Shown here in pieces: positions 11,254-19,921 of a DNA stretch of 64,000 nt. Position numbers and translations under genes: made by a program. The notes beneath the pieces were generated by a model. It was not told the DNA's origin, made no database searches, and saw only the letters and a list, made by a program, of their open reading frames with translations. The DNA is from Sedimentisphaerales bacterium (lineage in GTDB: Bacteria; Planctomycetota; Phycisphaerae; Sedimentisphaerales; Anaerobacaceae). The DNA is taken from the NCBI GenBank assembly GCA_963708075.1, contig OY970194.1:4928001-4992000 (forward strand), read 5' to 3'. Every line of letters begins with the position of its first letter. The first letter of the stretch is position 1.

Positions 11254-12336
11254 ATGACTCTCGAACAGGAGATTAAAGACAAGGGGCGGGAGCTGGGTTT
11301 CGAGGCGGTCGGCATCACCGACGCCTCGCCGATCGGCCGGGAACACGTCGAGCATCTCCAGGAGTGGCTGCGACGAGGCTGCGCCGGACGCATGGACTAC
11401 ATGCATCGCAACCTGGACAAACGCATCGACCCGTCCCAGCTTCGCAAAGGCGCCAAATCCGTGATCGTCGTCGCGCTCAACTACAAGATTGCGGATTGCG
11501 GACTGCGGAGGGCGGATTATGCATCGCAGCGTGATTCTGCCGGCGGTGCGGCAGCCGCGGCCCCGGCCTCCGGCCGCCAATCTGAAATCTCAAATCTGAA
11601 ATTCGAAATCGCCCCGGCCTGCGGCCCTCAATCTCAAATCCAGAATCTGAAATCTGAAATCCCTCCTCGCGGCAAGGTCGCGGCCTACGCCCAATACGAG
11701 GACTACCACACGTTCATCAAGTCGCTGCTGCGCGAGCTGGCGAGCTTCCTGAGCGTGCGTGCAGGCCGCGCCGACCGCTACAAAATCTGTGTGGACTCGG
11801 CCCCGCTGGCGGAGAAGGCACTGGCCGTCCGCGCGGGACTCGGCTTCATCGGGCGAAACCACCTGCTCATCCATCCGCAGCTCGGCCCGCCGCTCCTGCT
11901 CGGCGAGCTGCTGACGACGCTGCCCCTGCAGCCGGACGAGCCGCATGAGGGCGCATGCCAAGACTGCGACCGCTGCATCCAGGCCTGTCCCGCCGGCGCC
12001 CTGCAGCCGGACGGATTCCTCGACGCGAGCAAATGCATCAGTGGCCTGACGCAGTACCCCTCGCCGTCCGAGCCCGCGCCGGACACCCACGGCCGGCTCT
12101 TCGGCTGCGACGAATGCCTCCTGGCCTGTCCCTTCCACCAGCAGGCCCCCGCCCGCACCAATCGCCAATTCAAGTTTCACCCCGACCGAGCCGCCCTCGA
12201 CCTCCGCGAAGTCCTGGCCCTCGATCGCCGGACCTTCGAAGCCCGATTCGCCGACTCCCCAATCAAGCGCCTCGGCCTCGAACCCCTCCAGCAAACCGCC
12301 CGCGCCTGCCTCCAGACCGCTGAGGACCGAACGTAG
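11254..12336 (+). CDS. queG: tRNA epoxyqueuosine(34) reductase, with a repeat-derived in-frame insert
   Basis: LGFEAVGI, MDYM, SVIVVALNY, DYH, VDSAP..EK..A..AGLGFIG.N, CxxCxxCxxxCP and GCDEC..CP motifs. TATAAT at 11241. Confidence 0.9.
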   Translation: MTLEQEIKDKGRELGFEAVGITDASPIGREHVEHLQEWLRRGCAGRMDYMHRNLDKRIDPSQLRKGAKSVIVVALNYKIADCGLRRADYASQRDSAGGAAAAAPASGRQSEISNLKFEIAPACGPQSQIQNLKSEIPPRGKVAAYAQYEDYHTFIKSLLRELASFLSVRAGRADRYKICVDSAPLAEKALAVRAGLGFIGRNHLLIHPQLGPPLLLGELLTTLPLQPDEPHEGACQDCDRCIQACPAGALQPDGFLDASKCISGLTQYPSPSEPAPDTHGRLFGCDECLLACPFHQQAPARTNRQFKFHPDRAALDLREVLALDRRTFEARFADSPIKRLGLEPLQQTARACLQTAEDRT

Positions 12337-12575
12337 GAAGGTGAGAACCGCTCCGCATTCCGAACTCCGCACTCGGGAACCGCCTGGGTGTGGTCGGAAT
12401 TCGGTGGCAATCGGCGAGCCTCTTCGTAGGTCATGCGTCCCCGCACGACCAGTCCGGGCCCTTGCAACGGACTGGATACTGTACAAGACCACAGCCGAAA
12501 GAGGACGAGCGAGGACGCTCGTCCTACGCGGAGCCCCGAATCCGCCACCGAATGGCGGCCGCATCGCTCCCCGAC

Positions 12576-12736
12576 GGGCGTAAGACAAAAAAGTGGCAGT
12601 CGGGCCGGGTGGCAGCGTCAAGCGCAGCTTGGCGATGGTTTGCTTGGGATGCGGTGCAACCATCGCCAAGGCCTACGGCCTTGACGCTGCCACCCAGAAC
12701 TTGGTGCTTGCTCTCCCACAATCTTGTCGTGCACTC
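12576..12736. mobile_element. MITE shell family M2, degenerate copy carrying an 89-bp family A core (12607-12695)
   Basis: GGGCGTAAGACAAAAAAGTGGCA...CCACAATCTTGTCGTGCACTC; flanks TCCCCGAC / TCCCCCAG. Confidence 0.65.
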
Positions 12737-13026
12737 TCCCCCAGGGTGTGGTCGGAATTCGGTGGCGGCGTGTAGCCGCCGTGTGCGGACTGCGCCTCTT
12801 TCGTCCCTTACGGGACTGGCTTTTGTCCTCGGCCCCGGTTCCCCAGCGATAAATCGCTGGGCTATTCTCTATCGCCCTGCGGGCTTGGACAGCACCCGAC
12901 GGGTCGATTACCATCCCGCAGGCGTTGCGGCTATTGGCTATCGCCCTGCGGGCTTGGACTTCGCTCCAGTCCTCTCGCGTCGGCCCGTCCGCCCCACGGG
13001 GGCGATCGACACTAGCCCACCGTTTC

Positions 13027-13181
13027 GTACGTGTTTAGCCTGGACGCGCCCAGTCCTGGGTGGCACGGGCAAACTTGTTTGCCCGTGGGGTCTCGATTGA
13101 CCAGACTCGGTCGAATGAGCACCGTCAAACGAGTTTGGCGGTGCCACCCGGCGAACGGCGGGCTTCACGCTAAACACGTAC
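13027..13181. mobile_element. Small inverted-repeat element nested in the repeat cluster
   Basis: Perfect 13-bp terminal inverted repeats GTACGTGTTTAGC / GCTAAACACGTAC around a GGGTGGCAC...GTGCCACCC core. It interrupts a CCCACCGTTTC(AACGGTGGG) hairpin that is intact at ~13284. Confidence 0.65.
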
Positions 13182-13627
13182 AGCGATCAGTCGCTGGGCT
13201 ATTCTCTATCGCCCTCCGGGCTTGGACTTCGCTCCAGTCCTCTTGCGTCGGCCCGTCCGCCCCACGGGGGCGATCGACACTAGCCCACCGTTTCAACGGT
13301 GGGTACGATAGTCAATCCTATCTCAAAGCCCCGTAGGGGCGAAAGAAGACTGGGCTGCGCTCTTGCGTCGGGTGCAATCCGAATCCGCCACCGAAGGCCG
13401 ACCGCACCCCCAAGGCCCCAAGGCCCGGGTGCGGTCGGAATATGGTGGCAGTCCACGCCGCTCTTCGTAGGGCGAACGTCCCCGTTCGCCCCTGAGGAGC
13501 ACGGGCAATCGCTCAAACCGTCGTGCGAAGACGCACGACAAGGGGGGACGAGCGAGGACGCTCATCCTACGCCGAGGCTCAAATCCGCCACCGTATGGCG
13601 ACCGCACCCAACCGCCCCGCCGATCCG

Positions 13628-13789
13628 GGGTGCACGACAAAAAAGTGGCACTCGATCCGGGTGGCAGCGTCAAGGCCGAAGGCCTTGGCGATGGTTATGC
13701 TGCGTCCGAGGCAGGCCATCGCCAAGCTGCGCTTGACGCTGCCACCCAAGAGTCTCATCCTCGCTCTGCCACAATCTTGTCGTACACCC
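13628..13789. mobile_element. MITE shell family M2 with 8-bp TSD, carrying an inverted family A core (13659-13747)
   Basis: TIR GGGTGCACGACAA / TTGTCGTACACCC; direct repeat CCGATCCG at 13620-13627 and 13790-13797. Confidence 0.85.
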
Positions 13790-13815
13790 CCGATCCGGAA
13801 TTCCGTACTCTGTTG

Positions 13816-13845
13816 TTGACAACTCGCACCGGGCCCGAGTAGAAT
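13816..13845 (+). promoter_or_regulatory. Sigma70-like promoter of the PEP-CTERM gene
   Basis: TTGACA-18 bp-TAGAAT. Confidence 0.6.
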
Positions 13846-13975
13846 CAAGACTGATTGGCACGTCTGAGGCGGTGACGCACGGAGGTCTTCGTCGCCCTGT
13901 CACGGCAGGAGGCCGCACGGTGGGTGTTTCAGTCCCGATGCAACGAGGCGCATCCTGGGACAGGAGGAGTGAGAA

Positions 13976-14533
13976 ATGTGCAGCGTGCGTGGCAATTCCG
14001 GACTCGTTCTCGTGTGCGCCATGATTCTTTGCACGACGGCCGCGGTCCGCGCTCAGGACCTCCAGGTCTCGCCGATGAGCTGGGACTTCGGCAATGTGGC
14101 CGTGGGCAGCTCCGAGATGGTGACCTTCGACCTCCTGGCCGGCTGGCCGACGGCCGTATGGGTGTACGTCGTTTCCCTCCACGAGACTCCCACTCCCAAT
14201 CCGCCCTACGCCAGTCCGGACGATCCACTCTCCCCCTCCTGGTCGCTGGGGGCATTCTCCTTCAATCCCGCGACATGGCCGATCTTGCCCGTGGAACACC
14301 CGGTCGGCAACCACATCTATGTCGACGTGATCTTCACGCCGCCCGCCCCGGGCGACTACCAGGCCTACCTGTTCATCCAGAGTAACGATTCGATCCTTCC
14401 GCCGGGCCCGCACGCGTTCTTCCCGGTGCAAGGCACGGGCGTTCCGGCCGTCGTCCCCGCCCCCGGCGCCGGTGTCCTCGCCCTCCTCGGCCTCAGCGCC
14501 GTCGGCTGGCTGCGCCGCCGCAGAACCCTGTAA
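13976..14533 (+). CDS. Secreted protein with Ig-like domain and PEP-CTERM-like (VPAPG) sorting signal
   Basis: AGGAGG RBS, signal peptide, DFGNV.VG and GDYQAYL.I.SND motifs, C-terminal VPAPGAGVLALLGLSAVGWLRRRR. Confidence 0.85.
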   Translation: MCSVRGNSGLVLVCAMILCTTAAVRAQDLQVSPMSWDFGNVAVGSSEMVTFDLLAGWPTAVWVYVVSLHETPTPNPPYASPDDPLSPSWSLGAFSFNPATWPILPVEHPVGNHIYVDVIFTPPAPGDYQAYLFIQSNDSILPPGPHAFFPVQGTGVPAVVPAPGAGVLALLGLSAVGWLRRRRTL

Positions 14534-14888
14534 CGCCGTACTACAACCGCGCCCGGCCCGTAGGGGCGAATCATCATTCGCCCGCGCATCCTTCATGTCA
14601 TTGCGAGTCCCTGCGCCGCTGCGCGGCTGGTGTCGGGAAGAAACGAGATGGTTTGGGTGCCATGCTTACGCTCGCGTAAGCATGCCTTACCCATCGATCG
14701 GATTGCGGATTGAAGAAGGGAGGGCGCGGCAGGGGCCCGACTGCGGATTGGGACGGGAAGTGTGAAGTCTGAGGTTTGAAGTAAGAAGGAGGGGGCACGG
14801 ATGGGGTCCTGATAGGCCGGATCGGACCGATGCTTGGAGGGGGTGCGGAAAGGGTGGAAAATGCCGTTAAACCTTATGAAAACCGGGT

Positions 14889-14917
14889 TTGCAATCCTCG
14901 CACCGGGGTCTTATAAT
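14889..14917 (+). promoter_or_regulatory. Sigma70-like promoter of the ECF sigma operon
   Basis: TTGCAA-17 bp-TATAAT. Confidence 0.6.
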
Positions 14918-14927
14918 GGCGTACGGA

Positions 14928-15554
14928 ATGGAAAGAATGTTTATGAAGCGTACATTTGAAAAATTGAGCGATGCGGAGCTTCTGGAACGCTATAAGGAGG
15001 GCGACGAGGGGGCGTTTCGGGAGATTGTAAACCGTTATAGGAACAGTCTTTATGCGTTCCTCAAGCAGTTTTTGAACCAGCCGGACCTCGTGGAGGATGT
15101 GTTCCAGGAGACGTTTTTGCAGCTTTTCACCAGCCGGGAGAGCTTCGATCCGAGCCGGCCGCTGCGGCCGTGGCTGTTTACCATCGCGGCGAATAAGGCG
15201 AAAGATGCCCTGCGCAAGAGCCAAAGGACGAGTGCCGTGCCGATCGGGACTATGACCGAGGGCGAGGATATGTCCTTCGACGAGGTGCTTAACGCCCTTG
15301 CGTCCGATACGGCGGTGCCCTACGACGAGGTCGAACGCAACGAAACCGCCGAGCAGGTCAGCGACATCATCGCCAACATGCCGGAAAACCTTCGCGAAAT
15401 TCTCGTCTTGGCCTATTTCAATCGATTTTCCTACAAACAAATGGCCGACATTCTCGCTATACCTATTGGCACCGTCAAGAGCAGGCTCCATACAGCCGTG
15501 GCGAGGTTTGCCAAGGACTGGAAAGCATCAGTTGGGAGTAAAGAGGTCAAATGA
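14928..15554 (+). CDS. ECF RNA polymerase sigma factor (start could be 14928, 14937 or 14943)
   Basis: SDAELL..GDEGAF, EDVFQETFL and WLFTIAANKAKD (region 2); SYKQMADIL.IPIGTVKSRLH (region 4). Confidence 0.92.
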   Translation: MERMFMKRTFEKLSDAELLERYKEGDEGAFREIVNRYRNSLYAFLKQFLNQPDLVEDVFQETFLQLFTSRESFDPSRPLRPWLFTIAANKAKDALRKSQRTSAVPIGTMTEGEDMSFDEVLNALASDTAVPYDEVERNETAEQVSDIIANMPENLREILVLAYFNRFSYKQMADILAIPIGTVKSRLHTAVARFAKDWKASVGSKEVK

Positions 15555-16597
15555 CGCCGTTAAGTGACGCCCAAAAGCAGTTGCTGTTTGATTACTCTTT
15601 TGGCCTGACGTCCGACCGTGACACCTCGGAAGCGGAAGACCTGCTATCCACAAGTCCCGAGGCCGCACAACTCTGCGACCTGCTCCAATCAGCCCTGTCG
15701 CCCCTCGAAAGCGTGGACCCGGAGCCCTGTCCCGACGACCTCGCCGAGCGGACCATCCAGCGACTCAAGGACCAAGCCCGACTCGCCGTCGGCCCCGCCC
15801 GCCTCGAAGAATTACTCTCCGCCGAGCCCGCCCCGGCCGTCCCGCTCCGTGTCCCCTTCTGGCACAACTGGAGCGAGATCGCCGCAATCGCCGCCGTCCT
15901 GCTTCTATTCATCAGCATCCTGATGCCCGCCCTCGGCCTGGCCCGCCAGCGTCACTGGCAGTCCCAGTGCCAGTCCCAGCACGGCGACATCTACGCCGGC
16001 CTGGCCAACTACGTCACCGACCACGACGGCCAATTCCCGACCGTCCCCATGGCCCAGGGCGGACCCTGGTGGAAGGTCGGCACCCAGGGCCCCGAGAACC
16101 AGTCCAACACCCGCCGGGCATGGCTCCTCGTCAAGCAGGGCTATGTCCCCCTGCCCGCCTTCACCTGCCCCGCCCGCCGCGACACCGGCCGCCCCGACCC
16201 CAAGTCCGTCCAGGTCGCCCGCTACAACGATTTCCCCGCCCGCTCCTTCATGCACTACAGCGTCCGCATCGACGGCCCGCAGACCCCCGAGCCCACCCTC
16301 GGCCGAAAGAAAGTCTTCCTCGCAGACCTCAACCCGCTCTCCGAGGAATTCCCGCGCGACATCTCGACCATCCCGAGCATCGAGCTGCGTGACAGCCTCC
16401 TGAAGGCCAACAGCCGCAACCACAACGGCCGCGGCCAGAACGTCCTGCTCTGTGACGGCTCCGTCGAATTCTGCCGAACCCGCCGCACCAGCACCTCCGA
16501 CGACGACATCTTCACGCTCCGAACGATGTCCACCGGCCAAAAAGTCCACGGCGTAGAACGCCCCGCCTCCGAAGACGACACCTTCGTCGGACCGTAA
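15551..16597 (+). CDS. Putative anti-sigma factor with TM helix and DUF1559-like / H-X9-DG C-terminal domain
   Basis: ATGA overlap with the sigma gene; N-terminal LLFDY..G...C..L; TM followed by PALGLARQ....C; NHNGRGQNVLLCDGSV. Confidence 0.75.
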   Translation: MTPLSDAQKQLLFDYSFGLTSDRDTSEAEDLLSTSPEAAQLCDLLQSALSPLESVDPEPCPDDLAERTIQRLKDQARLAVGPARLEELLSAEPAPAVPLRVPFWHNWSEIAAIAAVLLLFISILMPALGLARQRHWQSQCQSQHGDIYAGLANYVTDHDGQFPTVPMAQGGPWWKVGTQGPENQSNTRRAWLLVKQGYVPLPAFTCPARRDTGRPDPKSVQVARYNDFPARSFMHYSVRIDGPQTPEPTLGRKKVFLADLNPLSEEFPRDISTIPSIELRDSLLKANSRNHNGRGQNVLLCDGSVEFCRTRRTSTSDDDIFTLRTMSTGQKVHGVERPASEDDTFVGP

Positions 16598-16738
16598 CGC
16601 GACCGCCCACGCCCGAGCTCCCAATCCGCAATCCGAAATCAACATTCCGCAATCGGAACGTCCCCGCTCCGCCCTCCCACTTCAAACATCAAACCTCAAA
16701 CTTCACACTTCCTTTCCCATTCCGCACTCCAAACGGCC

Positions 16739-16810
16739 ATGTCCACTGGCCAAAAAGTCCGCGGCACAGAGCGCCCGTCCTCCGACACGGATACCTTTGT
16801 GGCCCCCTGA
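16739..16810 (+). pseudogene. Diverged duplicate of the last 72 nt (16526-16597) of the anti-sigma gene
   Basis: Encodes MSTGQKVRGTERPSSDTDTFVAP* versus MSTGQKVHGVERPASEDDTFVGP*; 54/72 nt identical by manual alignment. Confidence 0.85.
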
Positions 16811-17036
16811 AGGGGTGGCGCATGGCCGAAGGTAAGAGGGTAAGAACGTAGGAAGCGGGACGCCCGGGAAACGGCTCAGGGCTTTGAATTAACGATTGAA
16901 AGGTCCACGCAGCTCGTTAGAATGAGATGCCAGACAAGGATCGCAAGGAGAAGGTCACCTCCGTGGCACGCTCCGCGATGACAGACTAATGGTGCATCGA
17001 TGCGCATGTGGAAGCCTAAGCAGGAGGCTGGATAGT

Positions 17037-18701
17037 TTGAAGCACGTGGAGTTTTTACGGGAGAATGGATCGTGCGTGGCCGAGCACGGCAGGAAGAGCA
17101 TTCTGACGCGTACGCAGGGGTCATTCTACACGCATCCGACCATAGGACATCATCTAATATCTGCGATCTTGGATGTAGATCGACCCTTCGTTGAGAAAGG
17201 ATCGTTTTCAATAATCGACCCCTTCTGTGGGGACGGTCGCCTTGTATGCTGGCTCTTGGACGCAATTGCGAGAGGCGGTGCAAGGGTATCCAGTCAGGTA
17301 ACCGTCGAGCTTTGGGATTGCGATGCGAGCGCACTCGCGATTGCACGGAAACAAGTCAAGGCAACGGCATTATCACGCAATATACCTCTCGCATTGGTTG
17401 CTCGCCATTGTGATGCGTTTACCAGGGGACCCCGCTATCACGGCAGATATGACATAGTAGTAACCAATCCGCCGTGGGATGTTCTCAAGCCTGATCGCAG
17501 GGAACTCCTGGATTTAGACACGAGCGCAAATGCCGGGTACATTCGGAACTTGGGGGATCAGCAAGCCTATCTTGAGAGCCAGTACCCCGTCTCAAGACCC
17601 GCTCAACGATTCTCGCGTTGGGGCCTGAACCTCGCTAGGTGTGGAACAGAACTGGCGTTCCGACTCGCGTCACCAAACGGTATCGTAGGCATCGTTTCTC
17701 CAGCGTCACTTCTCGCAGACCAAGTTTCCGAGCAACTCAGAAGGTGGATCTTGTGTAATCACTTGATCACAGATGTCGGTTACTTCCCCGCTGAGTGTCG
17801 ACTATTCGAAGGTGTGGACCAACCTGCGATCACGCTCGTTGCTCTCTGCAAGCAACCCGAGATTCCCACGGTCTTCTCCGCAATAGTGACGAAGTACACA
17901 CGTGATGCGCAGGTTAGAGAGCGAGGCAGAGTGAAGGTTCCACTCTCAGCAGTGGCGAATATGGGTCATATTCTCCCGGTGCATTTCTCCGGTGCTGCAG
18001 TGGATTTCTTGTCATACTGGTCAAGATTTCCTTCTTTCTTCCAGATTGAAAGGGCCGCAGACGGGTTCTATGCGGGCCGAGAACTAGATGAAACGCGATC
18101 GGAAACGTACCTATCGGATCGTGGAAGGTATTCGTTCATAAAAGGTCGAATGGTAGATCGATTCAGGCTCCTGAACGGATCGGTCAGGTATGTCAGAACT
18201 GAGTTAGTACGAATTCCAAAGTCCGTCGAATTTACCAGGGTGGCTTGGAGAGATGTGTCCCGTCCCACGCAGAAGCGCAGGATGCAGGCCACGCTCATCC
18301 CTCCCGGGTGCGTGACTGGCAATTCGCTGAACATCTTATATTTTTCTCCGCCCGCAGATAACAGATTGTATGCACTTCTCGGCATCATGAACTCGCTGGT
18401 ATTTGAGTTCCAACTACGGACGTTCTCCGCAACAGCTCATGTATCCCTAGGGTCAGTCCGAAAGGTGCACCTTCCATGGCCACTCTCGTCAAACCGTTTC
18501 TCAAGAATAGCGGCGATCTGCGAGCGGTGCCTGCAAGGGGATCAACGAAGTGAAGTTGCCATGGAGATCTATGTTGCACGCCTGTATGGCCTCAGCCGGC
18601 GTAGATTTGAGAGCATCCTCGGCTCGTTCGACAAGCTCAGCGAAACGGAGCGTGGCGAGTTGCTCCAACGCGACACTTGGGATGCACTTGGAGATGAATA
18701 A
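17037..18701 (+). CDS. N6-adenine DNA methyltransferase (gamma class, Alw26I/Eco31I-type adenine MTase-like); ORF open from 16989
   Basis: GSFYT, IIDPFCGDG (motif I), DIVVTNPPW (motif IV), LFEGVDQ, C-terminal TRD with LLGIMNSLV. AGGAGG precedes TTG at 17037. Visibly lower GC than the flanks. Confidence 0.88.
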   Translation: MKHVEFLRENGSCVAEHGRKSILTRTQGSFYTHPTIGHHLISAILDVDRPFVEKGSFSIIDPFCGDGRLVCWLLDAIARGGARVSSQVTVELWDCDASALAIARKQVKATALSRNIPLALVARHCDAFTRGPRYHGRYDIVVTNPPWDVLKPDRRELLDLDTSANAGYIRNLGDQQAYLESQYPVSRPAQRFSRWGLNLARCGTELAFRLASPNGIVGIVSPASLLADQVSEQLRRWILCNHLITDVGYFPAECRLFEGVDQPAITLVALCKQPEIPTVFSAIVTKYTRDAQVRERGRVKVPLSAVANMGHILPVHFSGAAVDFLSYWSRFPSFFQIERAADGFYAGRELDETRSETYLSDRGRYSFIKGRMVDRFRLLNGSVRYVRTELVRIPKSVEFTRVAWRDVSRPTQKRRMQATLIPPGCVTGNSLNILYFSPPADNRLYALLGIMNSLVFEFQLRTFSATAHVSLGSVRKVHLPWPLSSNRFSRIAAICERCLQGDQRSEVAMEIYVARLYGLSRRRFESILGSFDKLSETERGELLQRDTWDALGDE

Positions 18702-18712
18702 TAGGTGACCTG

Positions 18713-19921
18713 GTGATACCGAACCATTATAGCCATAAGCTGAGCGCCCTTGACATTGAGATGGTGAAGGCCGTGCCGCCTGGAGGAAACTGGAAGGATA
18801 TACCAGTCACGATTCCATCGCAGCGACTGCGCCAGATAAGAGAAAGCTATGCAAAAGGTGGCGGAAGTCGGTCAACGTACTATGGCCGTCTGCATCCAGA
18901 TCGCCCATCATATACTATCAACACGTGCTTCAATCGACCGGGGAATGGCTGCTTCATTCACTATAACATGCGCGATAGCCAGCACCGTCTGATTTCTCAA
19001 CGCGAGGCTGCCAGACTTCAGAGTTTCCCAGATTCTGTGGAGTTCTTCGGAAGTAAGGCATCGATAAACAAACAGATAGGCAACGCCGTTCCCCCTTTAC
19101 TTGCATTTCAAATAGCGAGTTCCTTTGGCGAGCCAGGTCGTTTTGTTGATCTGTTCTGTGGCGCTGGTGGTCTAAGCCTAGGTTTTGTGTGGGCCAACTG
19201 GAGGCCCGTCCTAGGCGCCGACCTCGAACCATCGTTCCTTCAGACGTACTCGGCTGCCATTGATTCCAATGTTGTCTGTGGGGACATAACGCGCACATCT
19301 GTATTCCAGGAGATCATTGACCGCTCGAGACGCCTTACATCGCATACTTCGGATCGCTTCTTCGTACTTGGAGGACCTCCATGTCAAGGCTTCTCGACGG
19401 CTGGCAATCGGCGATCGATGAGCGACGGACGAAATCTCCTCTATGTAGAGTACTGTCGATCGCTCAAATTGCTACAGCCGGATGGCTTCCTATTTGAGAA
19501 CGTACTTGGACTCACCAATATGGAAGGAGGGAGGGTTTTAGCGACCATCGTCCGAATGCTTGAAGACTTAGACTATAACGTGTCTGTATGGCGTCTCAAA
19601 GCCGAGGACTTCGGAATACCACAGCGACGCCAGAGAATATTTGTGGTTGGTGCTCGGGGCTCTGTGACAATGCGCGCAGGCCCCCCGCCTGTGACAACGT
19701 TCAGTGCTCAAGTGAACACGGACCCCCTTCTGCCTCGCGTAGCCACAGTCAGGGAGGCTCTCGATGACCTTCCACCAATAGGAGCCGGCGAAGATGGCAG
19801 TGTGCTCGCCTATCGGTCAAAACCGAGCACTCCTTACGTGCAGTTCGTCAGAGGCGTCATTTCACCCTGTGAGTACATAGAACAGGTTAGGAGGCATCCC
19901 GCAAATGATACGCGTCACTAA
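18713..19921 (+). CDS. Circularly permuted C5-cytosine DNA methyltransferase (TRD-IX-X before I-VIII)
   Basis: REAARLQSFPD (IX) and QIGNAVPP (X) precede DLFCGAGG (I), GGPPCQGFS (IV), FENV (VI) and PQRRQR (VIII). Confidence 0.92.
   Translation: MIPNHYSHKLSALDIEMVKAVPPGGNWKDIPVTIPSQRLRQIRESYAKGGGSRSTYYGRLHPDRPSYTINTCFNRPGNGCFIHYNMRDSQHRLISQREAARLQSFPDSVEFFGSKASINKQIGNAVPPLLAFQIASSFGEPGRFVDLFCGAGGLSLGFVWANWRPVLGADLEPSFLQTYSAAIDSNVVCGDITRTSVFQEIIDRSRRLTSHTSDRFFVLGGPPCQGFSTAGNRRSMSDGRNLLYVEYCRSLKLLQPDGFLFENVLGLTNMEGGRVLATIVRMLEDLDYNVSVWRLKAEDFGIPQRRQRIFVVGARGSVTMRAGPPPVTTFSAQVNTDPLLPRVATVREALDDLPPIGAGEDGSVLAYRSKPSTPYVQFVRGVISPCEYIEQVRRHPANDTRH

Larger units (their letters stand above)
12386..13609. 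mobile_element. Composite cluster of three MITE shells (family M1: 12386-12566, 12744-13409, 13427-13609) with nested repeats
   Basis: Left ends GGGTG(T/C)GGTCGGAAT..GGTGGC and right ends GCCACCG.....CGACCGCACCC. The whole block is flanked by AACCGCCT / AACCGCCC. Confidence 0.75.

Noticed and set aside
12386..13797. CRISPR array
   Set aside because: No regularly spaced identical direct repeats with unique spacers and no cas genes; the structure is nested inverted repeats.
12341..13848. Short ORFs across the repeat cluster (and at 23121-24100) as genes or a transposase
   Set aside because: They translate repeat DNA and show no DDE or HUH motifs.
13846..13975. Riboswitch in the PEP-CTERM leader
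   Set aside because: GC-rich and foldable, but no recognisable conserved riboswitch motif.
16526..16810. Diversity-generating retroelement VR/TR pair
   Set aside because: The mismatches are not adenine-specific, many are synonymous, and no reverse transcriptase is in the window.
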